Source: an uncultured Campylobacter sp.
GTDB taxonomy: Bacteria > Campylobacterota > Campylobacteria > Campylobacterales > Campylobacteraceae
Direction of reading: 5' to 3'
Assembly (NCBI RefSeq): GCF_938045225.1
Contig: NZ_CALINL010000010.1
Location: 1-54,612, forward strand
Length of the DNA: 54,612 bases
Position numbers and translations under genes: made by a program. Positions 31,798 through 41,867 of this stretch are shown here, piece after piece (position 1 is the stretch's first letter; every line of letters starts with the position of its first letter). The notes under the pieces are model-generated. The model was not told the origin of the DNA. It did not search any database and saw only the letters and a program-made list of their open reading frames with translations.

Positions 31798-33426
31798 TTA
31801 CTCCGCTTTCATTTGCTCGGCAGCAGGCACTTTTGGTAGTCCCGGCATCAGCATAGTTGATCCGCTGACCGCCACGATAAAGCCCGCTCCGCCGCGGATC
31901 TCAAGCGCGCTAACCTCGAAGCTAAAGCCCTTCGGTCGGCCGAGTAGTTTGGCGTCCGAGCTAAAGCTATACTGCGTTTTTGCGACGCAAACTGGAAAGG
32001 CGTCAAAGCCTAGGCGCGAAATCTCGGCTAGATCAGCCTGCGCGCGCGGGCTAAAGACTACTTCTTTCGCGCCGTAAATTTTAGTCGCAATCTTTTCGAT
32101 CTTGGTTTTTACGGGGTCGGCGGGCTCATATGTGAAGTTTATCTCACGAGCCGGTTTTTCGCAGATTTGCGCGACTTTTTTAGCTAGATCCTCTGTGCCC
32201 ACGCTTCCTTTTAAAAAGCCCTCGCACACGCTAAACTCGGCCCCCGACTCCTCGCAAAGAGCGCGTACGTGGGCGATCTCCTCGTCCGTATCGGTTGCGA
32301 ATTTATTTAGTGCGACGATGACGTTTTGATTGAAATTTTTTAGATTTTCTATGTGGGCTTTTAGGTTTTCGCTGCCTAGTTTTAGCGCGTCTAAATTTGG
32401 CTGCGAGATGCTGTCTTTGTCGCAACCGCCGTTATATTTTAGCGAGCGGATAGTGCTTACTAGCACGACGCATTTTGGCGCAAGTCCTGCGGTGCGGCAC
32501 TTGATATCGAGGAACTTTTGCGCTCCAAGCTCTGCGCCAAACCCCGCCTCGGTCACGACGTAGCCCGCTAAATTTAGCGCGGTTTTGGTCGCGATCACGC
32601 TATTGCAGCCGTGCGCGATATTTGCAAACGGTCCGCCGTGGATGAGCACCGGCGTGCCCTCAAGCGTCTGCACGAGGTTTGGTTTTATCGCCTCTTTTAG
32701 CAGGACGCAGACGGCATCGGCGCAGTTTAGGGATTTTGCGCGCACGAGGCCGCCCTCTTTATCGTAGGCGACGACGATGTTTTCGACGCGCTCTTTTAGA
32801 TTTTTTAGGTCGGTCGCTAGGCACAGGATCGCCATTATTTCGCTAGCAGCCGTGATTACGAAGCCGTCCTTGCGAGTAAATTTATTGCTCTTTTCAAGGC
32901 CGATTTCGATCTCTCTTAGCGAGCGGTCGTTCATATCCATGCAGCGTTTGAAAACGACGCGTGCAGGGTTGATATTTAGCGCGTTGCCGTGGTGGATGTG
33001 ATTATCTAGCATCGCCGCGATGAGATTATTTGCCGAGGTGATAGCGTGAAAGTCGCCGTTAAAGTGCAGGTTGATATCCTCGCTCGGCGTCACCTGCGAG
33101 TATCCGCCGCCCGTCGCTCCGCCCTTTATGCCAAAAACCGGCCCCAGGCTCGGCTCTCTAAGCGCGGCGCACACGTGTTTGCCGATACGCGCTAAGCCGT
33201 CAGATAGCCCCACGGTCACGGTCGTTTTACCCTCGCCGTAGGGCGTCGGATTGGTCGCGGTAACTAGGATGAGGTTTGCGCCCGTCGCGTTACCTAGTCG
33301 CGGCTCGATCTTGGCTTTTAGCTTGCCGAAGGTGTCTAGCGCCTCTTCGCCTAGCCCCAGTTTTGCGCCGATTTTTACGATATTTTGCGGCTTTGCGCTC
33401 GCTTCTATTTCTCTGTCGCTTAGCAT
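31798..33426 (-). CDS. fhs: formate--tetrahydrofolate ligase
   Basis: PTPYGEGKTT, GIKGGATGGGY and HGGPFANIAHGCNS motifs. Confidence 0.97.
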   Translation of the reverse strand: MLSDREIEASAKPQNIVKIGAKLGLGEEALDTFGKLKAKIEPRLGNATGANLILVTATNPTPYGEGKTTVTVGLSDGLARIGKHVCAALREPSLGPVFGIKGGATGGGYSQVTPSEDINLHFNGDFHAITSANNLIAAMLDNHIHHGNALNINPARVVFKRCMDMNDRSLREIEIGLEKSNKFTRKDGFVITAASEIMAILCLATDLKNLKERVENIVVAYDKEGGLVRAKSLNCADAVCVLLKEAIKPNLVQTLEGTPVLIHGGPFANIAHGCNSVIATKTALNLAGYVVTEAGFGAELGAQKFLDIKCRTAGLAPKCVVLVSTIRSLKYNGGCDKDSISQPNLDALKLGSENLKAHIENLKNFNQNVIVALNKFATDTDEEIAHVRALCEESGAEFSVCEGFLKGSVGTEDLAKKVAQICEKPAREINFTYEPADPVKTKIEKIATKIYGAKEVVFSPRAQADLAEISRLGFDAFPVCVAKTQYSFSSDAKLLGRPKGFSFEVSALEIRGGAGFIVAVSGSTMLMPGLPKVPAAEQMKAE

Positions 33427-33560
33427 CGTCTTTCCTTAAGAATTTGATTTAAAATGATTTTGTAATTTTACCTCGTAAATGCGAAAAGTCTCATTAAATT
33501 TTAGCCGCTCGTAATCAAATTTGGGCTAAATTTGAAATTAAAATCAGCAAAGGGGCGACG

Positions 33561-34157
33561 ATGAAGGCGGTGAACGTTTTGCTTTTTGAGGGATTTACTA
33601 CTATGGACGCGCTGGGGCCAGCGGAGGCGCTATCTAGGGCGCTGGATGACGGGCGAAAGTGCTACGAGATAGAGTATTTTTCGGCTACTGGCGAACTCGT
33701 CGGCGGCAGTACTAACGCTAAAATTTGGACGCGAAAGCTAGATGAGATAGCTAAATTTGATATTTTGCTCGTGCCGGGCGGTTTTGCGGTTAGGGAGCTT
33801 GCGCATGAGAGCGAGTTTATCGCTATTTTGGGCGATCTAGCGGGCAGACACGATCACGTGATCACGGCGTGTACGGGCTCGGTTTTGCTAGCTAAAACAG
33901 GACTTTTGGACGGCATGGAGGCCACGAGTAACAAGCTATCGTGGCAGTGGGCGACCTCGGAGGCTCCTGGCGTGCGCTGGATACGCGGGGCTAGGTGGTG
34001 CGTTAGCGGGAAATTTTACACTAGCTCGGGCGTGAGTGCTGGTATCGACGCAGCTTTGGGTTTTATCGCGGATATGCACGGTCGGGACGAGGCGCAGCGT
34101 ATCGCTCGGACGATGGAGTATGTCTGGAATAGTGACAAAAACGCAGATCTGTTTTAA
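33561..34157 (+). CDS. DJ-1/PfpI family protein
   Basis: LLVPGG, ACTGS and TSSGVSAGID motifs. Confidence 0.9.
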   Translation: MKAVNVLLFEGFTTMDALGPAEALSRALDDGRKCYEIEYFSATGELVGGSTNAKIWTRKLDEIAKFDILLVPGGFAVRELAHESEFIAILGDLAGRHDHVITACTGSVLLAKTGLLDGMEATSNKLSWQWATSEAPGVRWIRGARWCVSGKFYTSSGVSAGIDAALGFIADMHGRDEAQRIARTMEYVWNSDKNADLF

Positions 34158-34271
34158 AATTTAGTTTGTGGCGGCCGCTAAAATTGAGCGCTAAATTTAA
34201 GCCTAGTCAAATTTACCGCGCCTCGCGCCAAAATCGTAAGTTTTAAAACAAACGGCTCGTATCCTGCCCCG

Positions 34272-34493
34272 CTACCACAGCTTTAGGCAGACTTGCCCTA
34301 TTATAACGGCGATGGGAGCTTTGTTTATGTCGTAGGTGTTGCTAGAGTTTGAACCAAAATCAGGCTTGACGACGTTGCCCTGTATCACCCAGGTGTTGCT
34401 TGAGTTTGCGCCGTATTTGGGCTTTAGCTCGTTGCTCTCGTATACCCAAGTGCCGTTGCCCGCAGACCTTCCGTCCCAGTTGATTTTCGGCAT
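34272..34493 (-). CDS. small hypothetical protein with an internal repeat
   Basis: AGGAGG RBS; repeated KPxxGxNSSNT units. Confidence 0.7.
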   Translation of the reverse strand: MPKINWDGRSAGNGTWVYESNELKPKYGANSSNTWVIQGNVVKPDFGSNSSNTYDINKAPIAVIIGQVCLKLW

Positions 34494-34522
34494 TTCATCC
34501 TCCTAAAATGAGATATAATCAA

Positions 34523-36439
34523 TCATTTTGCGCGGCTTGCTTCTTTTACTTTTACGGCTTCGTAAATTTCATCCGCGTTCGTCAAATTTGCGTCCAAAAA
34601 CTCCTGCGCCTTTTTTAGCGTGCGTGCGCCCATGATGCCGTCGGCCTTGACGCCGATAGCCTTTTGCACGTATAAAATTTTCTCTTTTTGCGTCATCTGC
34701 GGCGCGGTTTTAGCGGCGGCGGTGGAGTTTGCTTCGCGCTCTTGGTCGCTAGAGCCCTCAAATTTAGCCGTCATCTCGCGAAATTTGGCCTCCAGGCTAC
34801 GCGACGCCTCAAAACGCTCGTCAAGCTGCATAAGAGTCGGCGCGTAACCAAAGCCAGATATCGCGCCGTAGATCGCGCCGACTACTCCAAAGCCCGCTAA
34901 AATTTTAAAAAACAGCGAAAAAGCCTCTTTGTTTCGCATGCTTTGGCGGTACTCTTTAGGCACGGCACTACGGCGAATCAGCGTAACCAGCGCGCTAAGA
35001 GGCGCCAAGACGCACCAAGCAACGCCCGCGCAAAGGGCTAAAAATACAATCGTATAAATAGGCGCCATAATGTAGCGCTCGGCTAAATTTTCGCCTAAAA
35101 ATCCCGCCGTAAAAACTAGCGCAAGCAGCCAAAATAGCGAGCCCAGCCCAAACCAAACCGCAGGCGAGTAAACGGGGGAGATTTTATTTAGGCACTTTTT
35201 CATCGTTTCGCCCAATTTGCTCGCCGCGCCTCTTGATACGTAGCCTTCGCAGGCCTCTATCACGGCGTTTGCGGCCTCGGTTTGTGCGCCGTCCGTTTTA
35301 GCGATACGCTTTAGCGCGGAGTCTAGGGCGGGCTGCGAGCAGTAGCGCGTGAAAAATTTAAACGCCTCGCGCCTAGTTATCTTGCCGTCGGCGTCAATCT
35401 TTTCTAGCATAGATATCTCGTCTGCGAAAAGATCGTCGAAAAACGGCGGCCTGATAAATGCGTAGGGCGGGTTGCCAAAGCCCACCGCCTCGTACTCCTT
35501 GCCTAGCAGGATAAAATTTAGCCTCGTTATCGCGCTAGAACCCACGTAAGAAAACAGGTGCGAGCTCTCGTCGCCGCTCTCTTCGTCTTGATAAAACGGT
35601 ATCGTTTGCGAGATAAATTTGCAGGTGCGAGCGCATAAAAAGTCCAAAAGCTCGTCTGCATAAGCACGCGATTTTATGCGTAAATTTACGCTGGGTTTCG
35701 CGTAGGCGCCGATGTTTGCTACCGTGGTAAAGTATCCGTGTCCGCTACACTGGGCGCACTGCACATAGCCTGATCCCCCGCATCCGCCGCACCTAACCGT
35801 GCCAGATCCCGAGCAGCCGTAGCAGGTATTTGAGCCGCTGCCGCCGCATGATGAACAGCTCTCGTAGCGATACGTCACGTAGGTGCTACCGTCTGAGTTA
35901 TATTGCGTGTGAGGGCGATTTACGCCGCCGCTGCCTCCGCACGTGGAGCAGCTTTGTCGTCCGCGTCCGCCGCAGCTAGAGCAGGTTTTTTTACCGCGTC
36001 CGCCGCACTCGCCGCAGCGTGTCTGCCCGTCGCCTCCGCACTCGCCGCAGCGCTCGCTCATGCTAAATGGCTTAAAATCGTAATACCTAACCGCGCCGCC
36101 TGATTTTGCGACGGCCTCTTTTGCGTCTTGGCGTAGTTCGGTGAGTAAAATTTCACGCAGATCCGCGCTATCTCTGGCCTGCAACAAGCACTCTCTGGCG
36201 TGATTTTCGTAGCCGCGCGTATCGTCGCCGAAATGTATCTGCTCCTTTGCGCCGCCAGCGATTTTGCTCTCTTCGCGCTTGCCGTAAAACTCCCACGTCA
36301 CGGTCGCCGTCGCTTCAAAATCAAAAATTTCGTGCGAAATTTCTACCAAATCCTCAGGCTTAGCTTGGTTGCCGCTTACTAGATTTCGCAGCCCTTTTAA
36401 AAACGGCTCGTGTAAACTCAGCTCGTCAAATTCGCTCAT
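34523..36439 (-). CDS. membrane protein with 8 DnaJ-type CxxCxGxG motifs and a C-terminal peptidoglycan-binding-like motif
   Basis: Eight CxxCxGxG repeats (about 35740-36050), about three TM helices, VQKAIGVKADGIMGARTL; no HPD J-domain. Confidence 0.8.
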   Translation of the reverse strand: MSEFDELSLHEPFLKGLRNLVSGNQAKPEDLVEISHEIFDFEATATVTWEFYGKREESKIAGGAKEQIHFGDDTRGYENHARECLLQARDSADLREILLTELRQDAKEAVAKSGGAVRYYDFKPFSMSERCGECGGDGQTRCGECGGRGKKTCSSCGGRGRQSCSTCGGSGGVNRPHTQYNSDGSTYVTYRYESCSSCGGSGSNTCYGCSGSGTVRCGGCGGSGYVQCAQCSGHGYFTTVANIGAYAKPSVNLRIKSRAYADELLDFLCARTCKFISQTIPFYQDEESGDESSHLFSYVGSSAITRLNFILLGKEYEAVGFGNPPYAFIRPPFFDDLFADEISMLEKIDADGKITRREAFKFFTRYCSQPALDSALKRIAKTDGAQTEAANAVIEACEGYVSRGAASKLGETMKKCLNKISPVYSPAVWFGLGSLFWLLALVFTAGFLGENLAERYIMAPIYTIVFLALCAGVAWCVLAPLSALVTLIRRSAVPKEYRQSMRNKEAFSLFFKILAGFGVVGAIYGAISGFGYAPTLMQLDERFEASRSLEAKFREMTAKFEGSSDQEREANSTAAAKTAPQMTQKEKILYVQKAIGVKADGIMGARTLKKAQEFLDANLTNADEIYEAVKVKEASRAK

Positions 36440-36447
36440 TTTAAATC

Positions 36448-37029
36448 CTAAATTTGATTTTGCGCGTCTAGTCTCGCGCGCTTTTTTATCTCGCTTAAAA
36501 ACTCCGCCCCGCCGTCTGCGAAGGCCTCGCGCGGCACGGCATAGAACATGGAGTTTGCGATGATAATGACGACAAACTCGCCCACATATCGAGCGTCGCT
36601 GATGACGGCGTACCTGTATCTGCCCTCGCCAAATTTGCTCTTTTGCACGAAAAACTCATCCTCTAAGATCACGCTTTTTGGTCCGAATTCGCCGTAGTTT
36701 GCTTTATTTATCAGCGCGCGAGTAAGCAGCCAAGGCCGCAGCCCAGTAGCGTAAAGCAGAGTAAAAAACGCGGCCATCCACGATAGGTAGGCTAGATTTT
36801 CCACGCCGCTAAAACCGTAATCCCTAAGCAAGTCGCTAAGCTCCCTGAAGTAAAATTTGACGCACAAAAGCGTGATAAAAAACATGCCAAGAGCCGACGC
36901 CGTAAAGTCGCATATACGTATGTTTCGCATAAATTTATCGCCCTTATAGACTATCTTGCCCACCTCGCGCGTCATCGCTTTATAATCGGCGCTAGGCTTT
37001 AGCTCAAATTCGGCTTTCAAATTTGACAT
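36448..37029 (-). CDS. YcxB family membrane protein
   Basis: Two TM helices followed by a beta-rich region ending FYAVPREAF (YcxB-like IPKRAF). Confidence 0.7.
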   Translation of the reverse strand: MSNLKAEFELKPSADYKAMTREVGKIVYKGDKFMRNIRICDFTASALGMFFITLLCVKFYFRELSDLLRDYGFSGVENLAYLSWMAAFFTLLYATGLRPWLLTRALINKANYGEFGPKSVILEDEFFVQKSKFGEGRYRYAVISDARYVGEFVVIIIANSMFYAVPREAFADGGAEFLSEIKKRARLDAQNQI

Positions 37030-37253
37030 TTGCTTCCTTTAAATTTTGATGAGATATTATCAAATTTGGCCTAAATTTACGCTATTTTTAAAATCGCCTT
37101 TAAAACGATAATTAAGCCCAAATTTAGTAAAATCGCTACCAAGACGCGAGGTCGCGTAATACGATAAAAGGCAAACCATGCAAAACTCAACCACGTAAAT
37201 TCCGCTAAATTTAAACCGAGTCAACCAATCAAATTTAAATTTAAGGCAGAATC

Positions 37254-39707
37254 ATGAAAAGACGAGACTTTCTAAAACTAGGCGCGCTGGCGGCGGCATC
37301 GGCGCAGGCAAAACAATTTGACGCGGCGGCGCAGGCGATATTTGACGAGCAGATGGGGCTTTGCGCGAATAAATTCGGCGCGTTTTACGTCCAAACCATC
37401 GGCGGCAGGGTCGTTGGTACTGAGCCGTTTGAGGGCGACGCGATGCCAACGGTGCTAAACAACGCTCTAAGCGATCACATCCAAAACGAAACGCGCGTGA
37501 AATACCCCTACGTGCGCAAAAGCTTCCTGGCTAGTCCCGCAGATCCAAAACCCGAGCTTCGCGGTAAAGAGCCATTCGTACGCGTTAGCTGGGACGAGGC
37601 GATAAAGCTAAGCGCTAAAATTTTAAAAGAAAACTTCGATAAATACGGCTCTGAGGCCATTTACGGACAGCTTTATCAGTGGGGCAGCCTCGGTAAGGTC
37701 GGCCACTCGCAGCGCACCGCAAAGCGCATGCTAAACGCGCTAGGAGGCTACGTGAGCGAGCTTGGCGGCTACTCATACGGCGCGGCGACGGCGTTTTTGC
37801 CTCACGTGACGGGCTCTATCGATCCGACGCACGCTCCTACGCGCTGGGAAGGCGTGGTAAAGGAGGCCAAAACGATCGTGTTTTGGGGCACGAATCCCGT
37901 CGTCTCAAACAAGATCGCTATCGGCGTTCCGATGCACAACTCCTACGCCTACTACGAGATTATGAAAGATAAATTTAAAAAAGGCGAGATGAAAATTTAC
38001 AGCATAGACGTTTACCGCAACGAAACGGCGGAGTATTTCGGCGCAGATTATCTTGCCGTGCGCCCTTGCACCGATACGGCGATGCTGATCGGACTTTGCG
38101 ATTATCTCTACGAAAACGGACTTTACGACAAGGAATTTATAGAGCGCTACACGGTCGGGTTTGATAAATTTAAGGAGTATTTCACAGGCGCGAAAGACGG
38201 CGTGAAAAAGGATCTTGCGTGGGCGAGCAAAATTTGCGGCGTGAGCGAAAAGGAATTAAAAAACCTAGCGGGTACGCTAGCTAAAAAAGACACGCTCATC
38301 GTCACGGGCTACGCGATACAGCGTCAGCACCACGGCGAGATGGCGTACTGGGCGCTGATAACTCTAGCTGCGATGCTAGGCGACATCGGCAAGACGGGGC
38401 GCGGCTACGTGATGAACGATCAGATGCATAAAAACGCCGATATCAGCTTTGTTGCACCTAAGCTTCAGGCCTTTAACCCGGCGGTAAATGAAAAATACAT
38501 CGCCCCGCAAGGCAAGCTAGCCAAAGCCAAATACCACGAGATACCAAACAGCAGGCTCATAGACGCGATCATGGAGCCGGGCAAAGAGATCGAGCGCAAC
38601 GGCAAAAAGTACGTTATGCCGCACATTAGAGTGATGTTTAACGCCAACGGCTCGACCTTCACCCGCCATCCCGATACCAACCGCGCGGTCGAAGCGATGA
38701 AAAAGATCGAAGCGATCATCACCACCGAGCCCTTTTGGACGAGTACGGCGAGACTCAGCGACATCGTGCTACCGGCAGCTCTTGAGTGCGAGCGCACGGA
38801 TATCGAGTTTGCAAACTCGACTAGCGAATACCTTTTTGCGATTAAACCGCTAGTTAAGCCTGCTGGGGAAAGCAAAAGCGACTTTGAGATCGCGCGGCTC
38901 ATCTGCGCGCAGTGGGGCGAGGAGTACGAGCAGGCCTTTAGCGAGGGCAAAACGGAGCTTGAGTGGGTGCAGCAAATCTACGAAAACGCCGCAAAGCAAG
39001 CCGAGGGCATGGGCATAGCGATGCCTAAATTTGAGGAGTTTTGGCAAAAAGGATATGTTAAATTTGATAAGATCGACGAGAAAAAGCGCTACTTTACAAA
39101 CTACGCGGACTTCCGCGCCGATCCAGAGAAAAACGCGCTAAAAACCCCGTCGGGCAAGATCGAGCTCTACTCCGAAGCTGTCGAAAAGCTAGGTTACGCG
39201 GACTGCCCGCCGCACGTGACGTGGATGGAGCCATTTGAGTGGCTGGGCGGCGACGTGAGCAAGTACCCTATCGCCATCAGCGGCGCGCACTCTAAATTTA
39301 GACTCCACTCGCAACTAAACAGCTCGCTCATCCGCAACTACGCCGAGATAGCAAACCGCGAACCCGCGCTCATCAGCCCCGCCACGGCAAAAGCGCGCGG
39401 CATAAAAACGGGCGACGTGGTGAGGATATACAACGACCGAGGCGAGATCCTCTGCGGCGCGCTGGTGAGCGACACGGCGCAAGATAACGTCGTGATCGTA
39501 AGCGAAGGCGCGTGGTACGATCCTGCCGTCTGGGGCGAGAAAAGTCTTTGCAAGCACGGCAACATAAACGTGCTAACCAAGGACGTACCGAGCTCACAGC
39601 TCTCGCAAAGCAACACCGCGCACACGAGCATGGTGCAGGTCGAGAAATTTAAAGGAGAACTACCGAGTATAACGGCGTTTGATAGACCCGTGACGATAGA
39701 GGCTTAG
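37254..39707 (+). CDS. Tat-exported molybdopterin S/N-oxide reductase (TorA/DorA/BisC family)
   Basis: MKRRDFLK Tat motif; RVKYPYVRK, FVRVSWDEA, GGYSYGAA (Ser ligand) and RLHSQL motifs; no N-terminal Fe-S cluster. Confidence 0.92.
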   Translation: MKRRDFLKLGALAAASAQAKQFDAAAQAIFDEQMGLCANKFGAFYVQTIGGRVVGTEPFEGDAMPTVLNNALSDHIQNETRVKYPYVRKSFLASPADPKPELRGKEPFVRVSWDEAIKLSAKILKENFDKYGSEAIYGQLYQWGSLGKVGHSQRTAKRMLNALGGYVSELGGYSYGAATAFLPHVTGSIDPTHAPTRWEGVVKEAKTIVFWGTNPVVSNKIAIGVPMHNSYAYYEIMKDKFKKGEMKIYSIDVYRNETAEYFGADYLAVRPCTDTAMLIGLCDYLYENGLYDKEFIERYTVGFDKFKEYFTGAKDGVKKDLAWASKICGVSEKELKNLAGTLAKKDTLIVTGYAIQRQHHGEMAYWALITLAAMLGDIGKTGRGYVMNDQMHKNADISFVAPKLQAFNPAVNEKYIAPQGKLAKAKYHEIPNSRLIDAIMEPGKEIERNGKKYVMPHIRVMFNANGSTFTRHPDTNRAVEAMKKIEAIITTEPFWTSTARLSDIVLPAALECERTDIEFANSTSEYLFAIKPLVKPAGESKSDFEIARLICAQWGEEYEQAFSEGKTELEWVQQIYENAAKQAEGMGIAMPKFEEFWQKGYVKFDKIDEKKRYFTNYADFRADPEKNALKTPSGKIELYSEAVEKLGYADCPPHVTWMEPFEWLGGDVSKYPIAISGAHSKFRLHSQLNSSLIRNYAEIANREPALISPATAKARGIKTGDVVRIYNDRGEILCGALVSDTAQDNVVIVSEGAWYDPAVWGEKSLCKHGNINVLTKDVPSSQLSQSNTAHTSMVQVEKFKGELPSITAFDRPVTIEA

Positions 39708-39835
39708 GCTTTAAAGTAAAATAGTCGGCATGATATTTTGTCACATAAAATTACTAGCGACCTTATAAATTTAACATAAAAATTTGGTGATCAAAGATAT
39801 AATGTTTTTAAAAATTTATTGATTTAAAGACAGGT

Positions 39836-41011
39836 ATGGTTAAAGATATGAGTTCTGGTCAGGAAACGGACATTTTTAATTGTCCGACTATTTTATATAT
39901 TAAAAATCTTGGTTTAGAAAAATCGGATGCAAATTTAGAACATCTAATTTATCTATTCCATCAAGATTTGGGAATTGATTTAAAGCGTGAAATAGTATCT
40001 TCCATAGGAAGACAAACTAATAGCAAGAAAATATATGATTTTATATCTCAAGAGGTATTTAATAATCACTATATGGAAGTCGTTTATCAAATGTTTCGGA
40101 CGGTTCTTTATAGGTCTAAATCGGATATGGATTTTAAAAACCTAAAAGATAAAATTTTAGACTTTTATAAAAACGAAGTTATGTATAAAATGGTGGAATT
40201 TTACGAAAAAAAACAAAGGGGTAATTTAAAATTAAACTTTAATAGACAAATCACAAGGCCTACGATATTAGTCGGAGACAATAGACAAACTCTAAAAAAA
40301 ATCAAAGATAATCAAATCAATCTAATATTTACATCGCCTCCATATTATAATGCAAGAGAGTATTCAGACTATAAAAACTATAAAGAATATCTAGAATTTA
40401 TGTATGACACCTTAGAGCAGTGTCATAGAATCTTAGAGGACGGCAGATTTATTTTGATTAATGTTTCGCCCGTAATAACAAAAAGAGTCGGCAGAGAATT
40501 TGAATCGATTAGATATCCTATACATTTCGACTTTCATTCTATATTGATTAGAGCAGGTTTTTATTTTATAGATGAGATTATTTGGATAAAGCCGGAATAC
40601 AGCGTTCCAAATAGAATAGCAGGTTATATTCAAACAAGAAGACCCTTGAGTTATAAACCAAATTGCATTACAGAAAGCATAATGGTATATCGAAAAAAAG
40701 CCCCTTTTCTATTAGATAAAAATATTGCTATGTATGACAAAGGGTATAAAAACGATAATAATATAGATAGCACAAACTGTTGGTATATATCGCCCAAATC
40801 AGACAAAAAACATCCTGCGGTTTTTCCTGAAGAATTATGTGAAAAGGTGTTAAAGTATTATTCATTTGAAGGCGATACAGTGTGCGATCCTTTTGCCGGA
40901 AGCGGAACTTTCGGTAGAGTTGCAAAAAGGATGAACAGAATTCCATTGCTATGTGAGCAAAATCGTAATTACGTAGAAAATATAAAGAAAGGCGGTTTTT
41001 ATGACATTTGA
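39836..41011 (+). CDS. site-specific DNA methyltransferase (beta class, probably N4-cytosine)
   Basis: TSPPY motif IV precedes HPAVFP and DPFAGSGT motif I. Confidence 0.92.
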   Translation: MVKDMSSGQETDIFNCPTILYIKNLGLEKSDANLEHLIYLFHQDLGIDLKREIVSSIGRQTNSKKIYDFISQEVFNNHYMEVVYQMFRTVLYRSKSDMDFKNLKDKILDFYKNEVMYKMVEFYEKKQRGNLKLNFNRQITRPTILVGDNRQTLKKIKDNQINLIFTSPPYYNAREYSDYKNYKEYLEFMYDTLEQCHRILEDGRFILINVSPVITKRVGREFESIRYPIHFDFHSILIRAGFYFIDEIIWIKPEYSVPNRIAGYIQTRRPLSYKPNCITESIMVYRKKAPFLLDKNIAMYDKGYKNDNNIDSTNCWYISPKSDKKHPAVFPEELCEKVLKYYSFEGDTVCDPFAGSGTFGRVAKRMNRIPLLCEQNRNYVENIKKGGFYDI

Positions 41012-41867
41012 TGATTTAGTAGTTAACAATACGGTTGAAAAACTAATAAGAGGAGAGGATTATCGACAAGAAGTTGTAAATTTTATCAATAGTAGCTTTT
41101 TGGACTTTGCCTTAGTTTTTTTTAAAAGAATTTTAGACGCGAAAATGCATAATATAGGCATTAATATTGATTGGTATAAAAAATATTTTATCCAAGAAAA
41201 TAATTTTAGTGCTGATGAAGCCATTATATTTGCTGGAATAAACAAAAAAACTATAAGTAATATCTATGGAAGTGCAACCAGAGAAATTATGCTTAATGTT
41301 GCTAGTGAAAATATCGACTATTTGAAGTCTTTGCTAGATATGTTAGAAGACAACAATGATAGCATAGGTATTATTATAAAAATTTCATACAATAGTATTT
41401 CAATAGAGCTAAACCTTAATGAAAGCTTATTGGTTATAAATGCTTTAGCGACCAAAAAGATAGCATTGCGAGGTAGTGCATGGAGTAGCATTGGCAAAAG
41501 AGTAGAAAAACCATTAATGATCAAGCTTTGTGAGCTGTGCAAGGTGCCGAAAGATTTTATAAATTCTGAAGTTTTTAAAAAGAATAATAAAATGGATTTT
41601 GACAGAGAAGTGGATTTTAAGCTATATAACTCAAAAAAGGATAAGGAATTTAGGGTTGAAGTAAAACTTATGGGCAAAGGAAATCCCGAATCAGCGGATG
41701 CCGTTATCGCAAGAGAGTCTAAAATTTTTGTTGCCGATACGCTTAGCGAACAAAATAAAAATCAACTAAAGTCGCTAGGGGTTGAATTTTTGGAGCTAAA
41801 AAATAACGAGAACTGTGTAGATGATTTCAAGAAAATATTAAAAAAACTAGATATTCCATTCTCTTAA
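41001..41867 (+). CDS. type II restriction endonuclease, CfrBI family
   Basis: INALATKKIALRGSAWSSIGKRVEKPLM and EVDF...RVEVKLMGKGNPESAD (PD-(D/E)xK); overlaps the MTase. Family recognised from memory. Confidence 0.78.
   Translation: MTFDDLVVNNTVEKLIRGEDYRQEVVNFINSSFLDFALVFFKRILDAKMHNIGINIDWYKKYFIQENNFSADEAIIFAGINKKTISNIYGSATREIMLNVASENIDYLKSLLDMLEDNNDSIGIIIKISYNSISIELNLNESLLVINALATKKIALRGSAWSSIGKRVEKPLMIKLCELCKVPKDFINSEVFKKNNKMDFDREVDFKLYNSKKDKEFRVEVKLMGKGNPESADAVIARESKIFVADTLSEQNKNQLKSLGVEFLELKNNENCVDDFKKILKKLDIPFS

Noticed and set aside
35740..36055. Repeated CCGCCGCA-type units as a CRISPR array or DNA repeat
   Set aside because: They encode the CxxCxGxG motifs and show no repeat-spacer structure.
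37160..37215. AAAGGCAAACC resembles the start of a c-di-GMP-I (GEMM) riboswitch
   Set aside because: The GNRA-capped P2 stem and the downstream GACGCAAAGC-type motif are absent.
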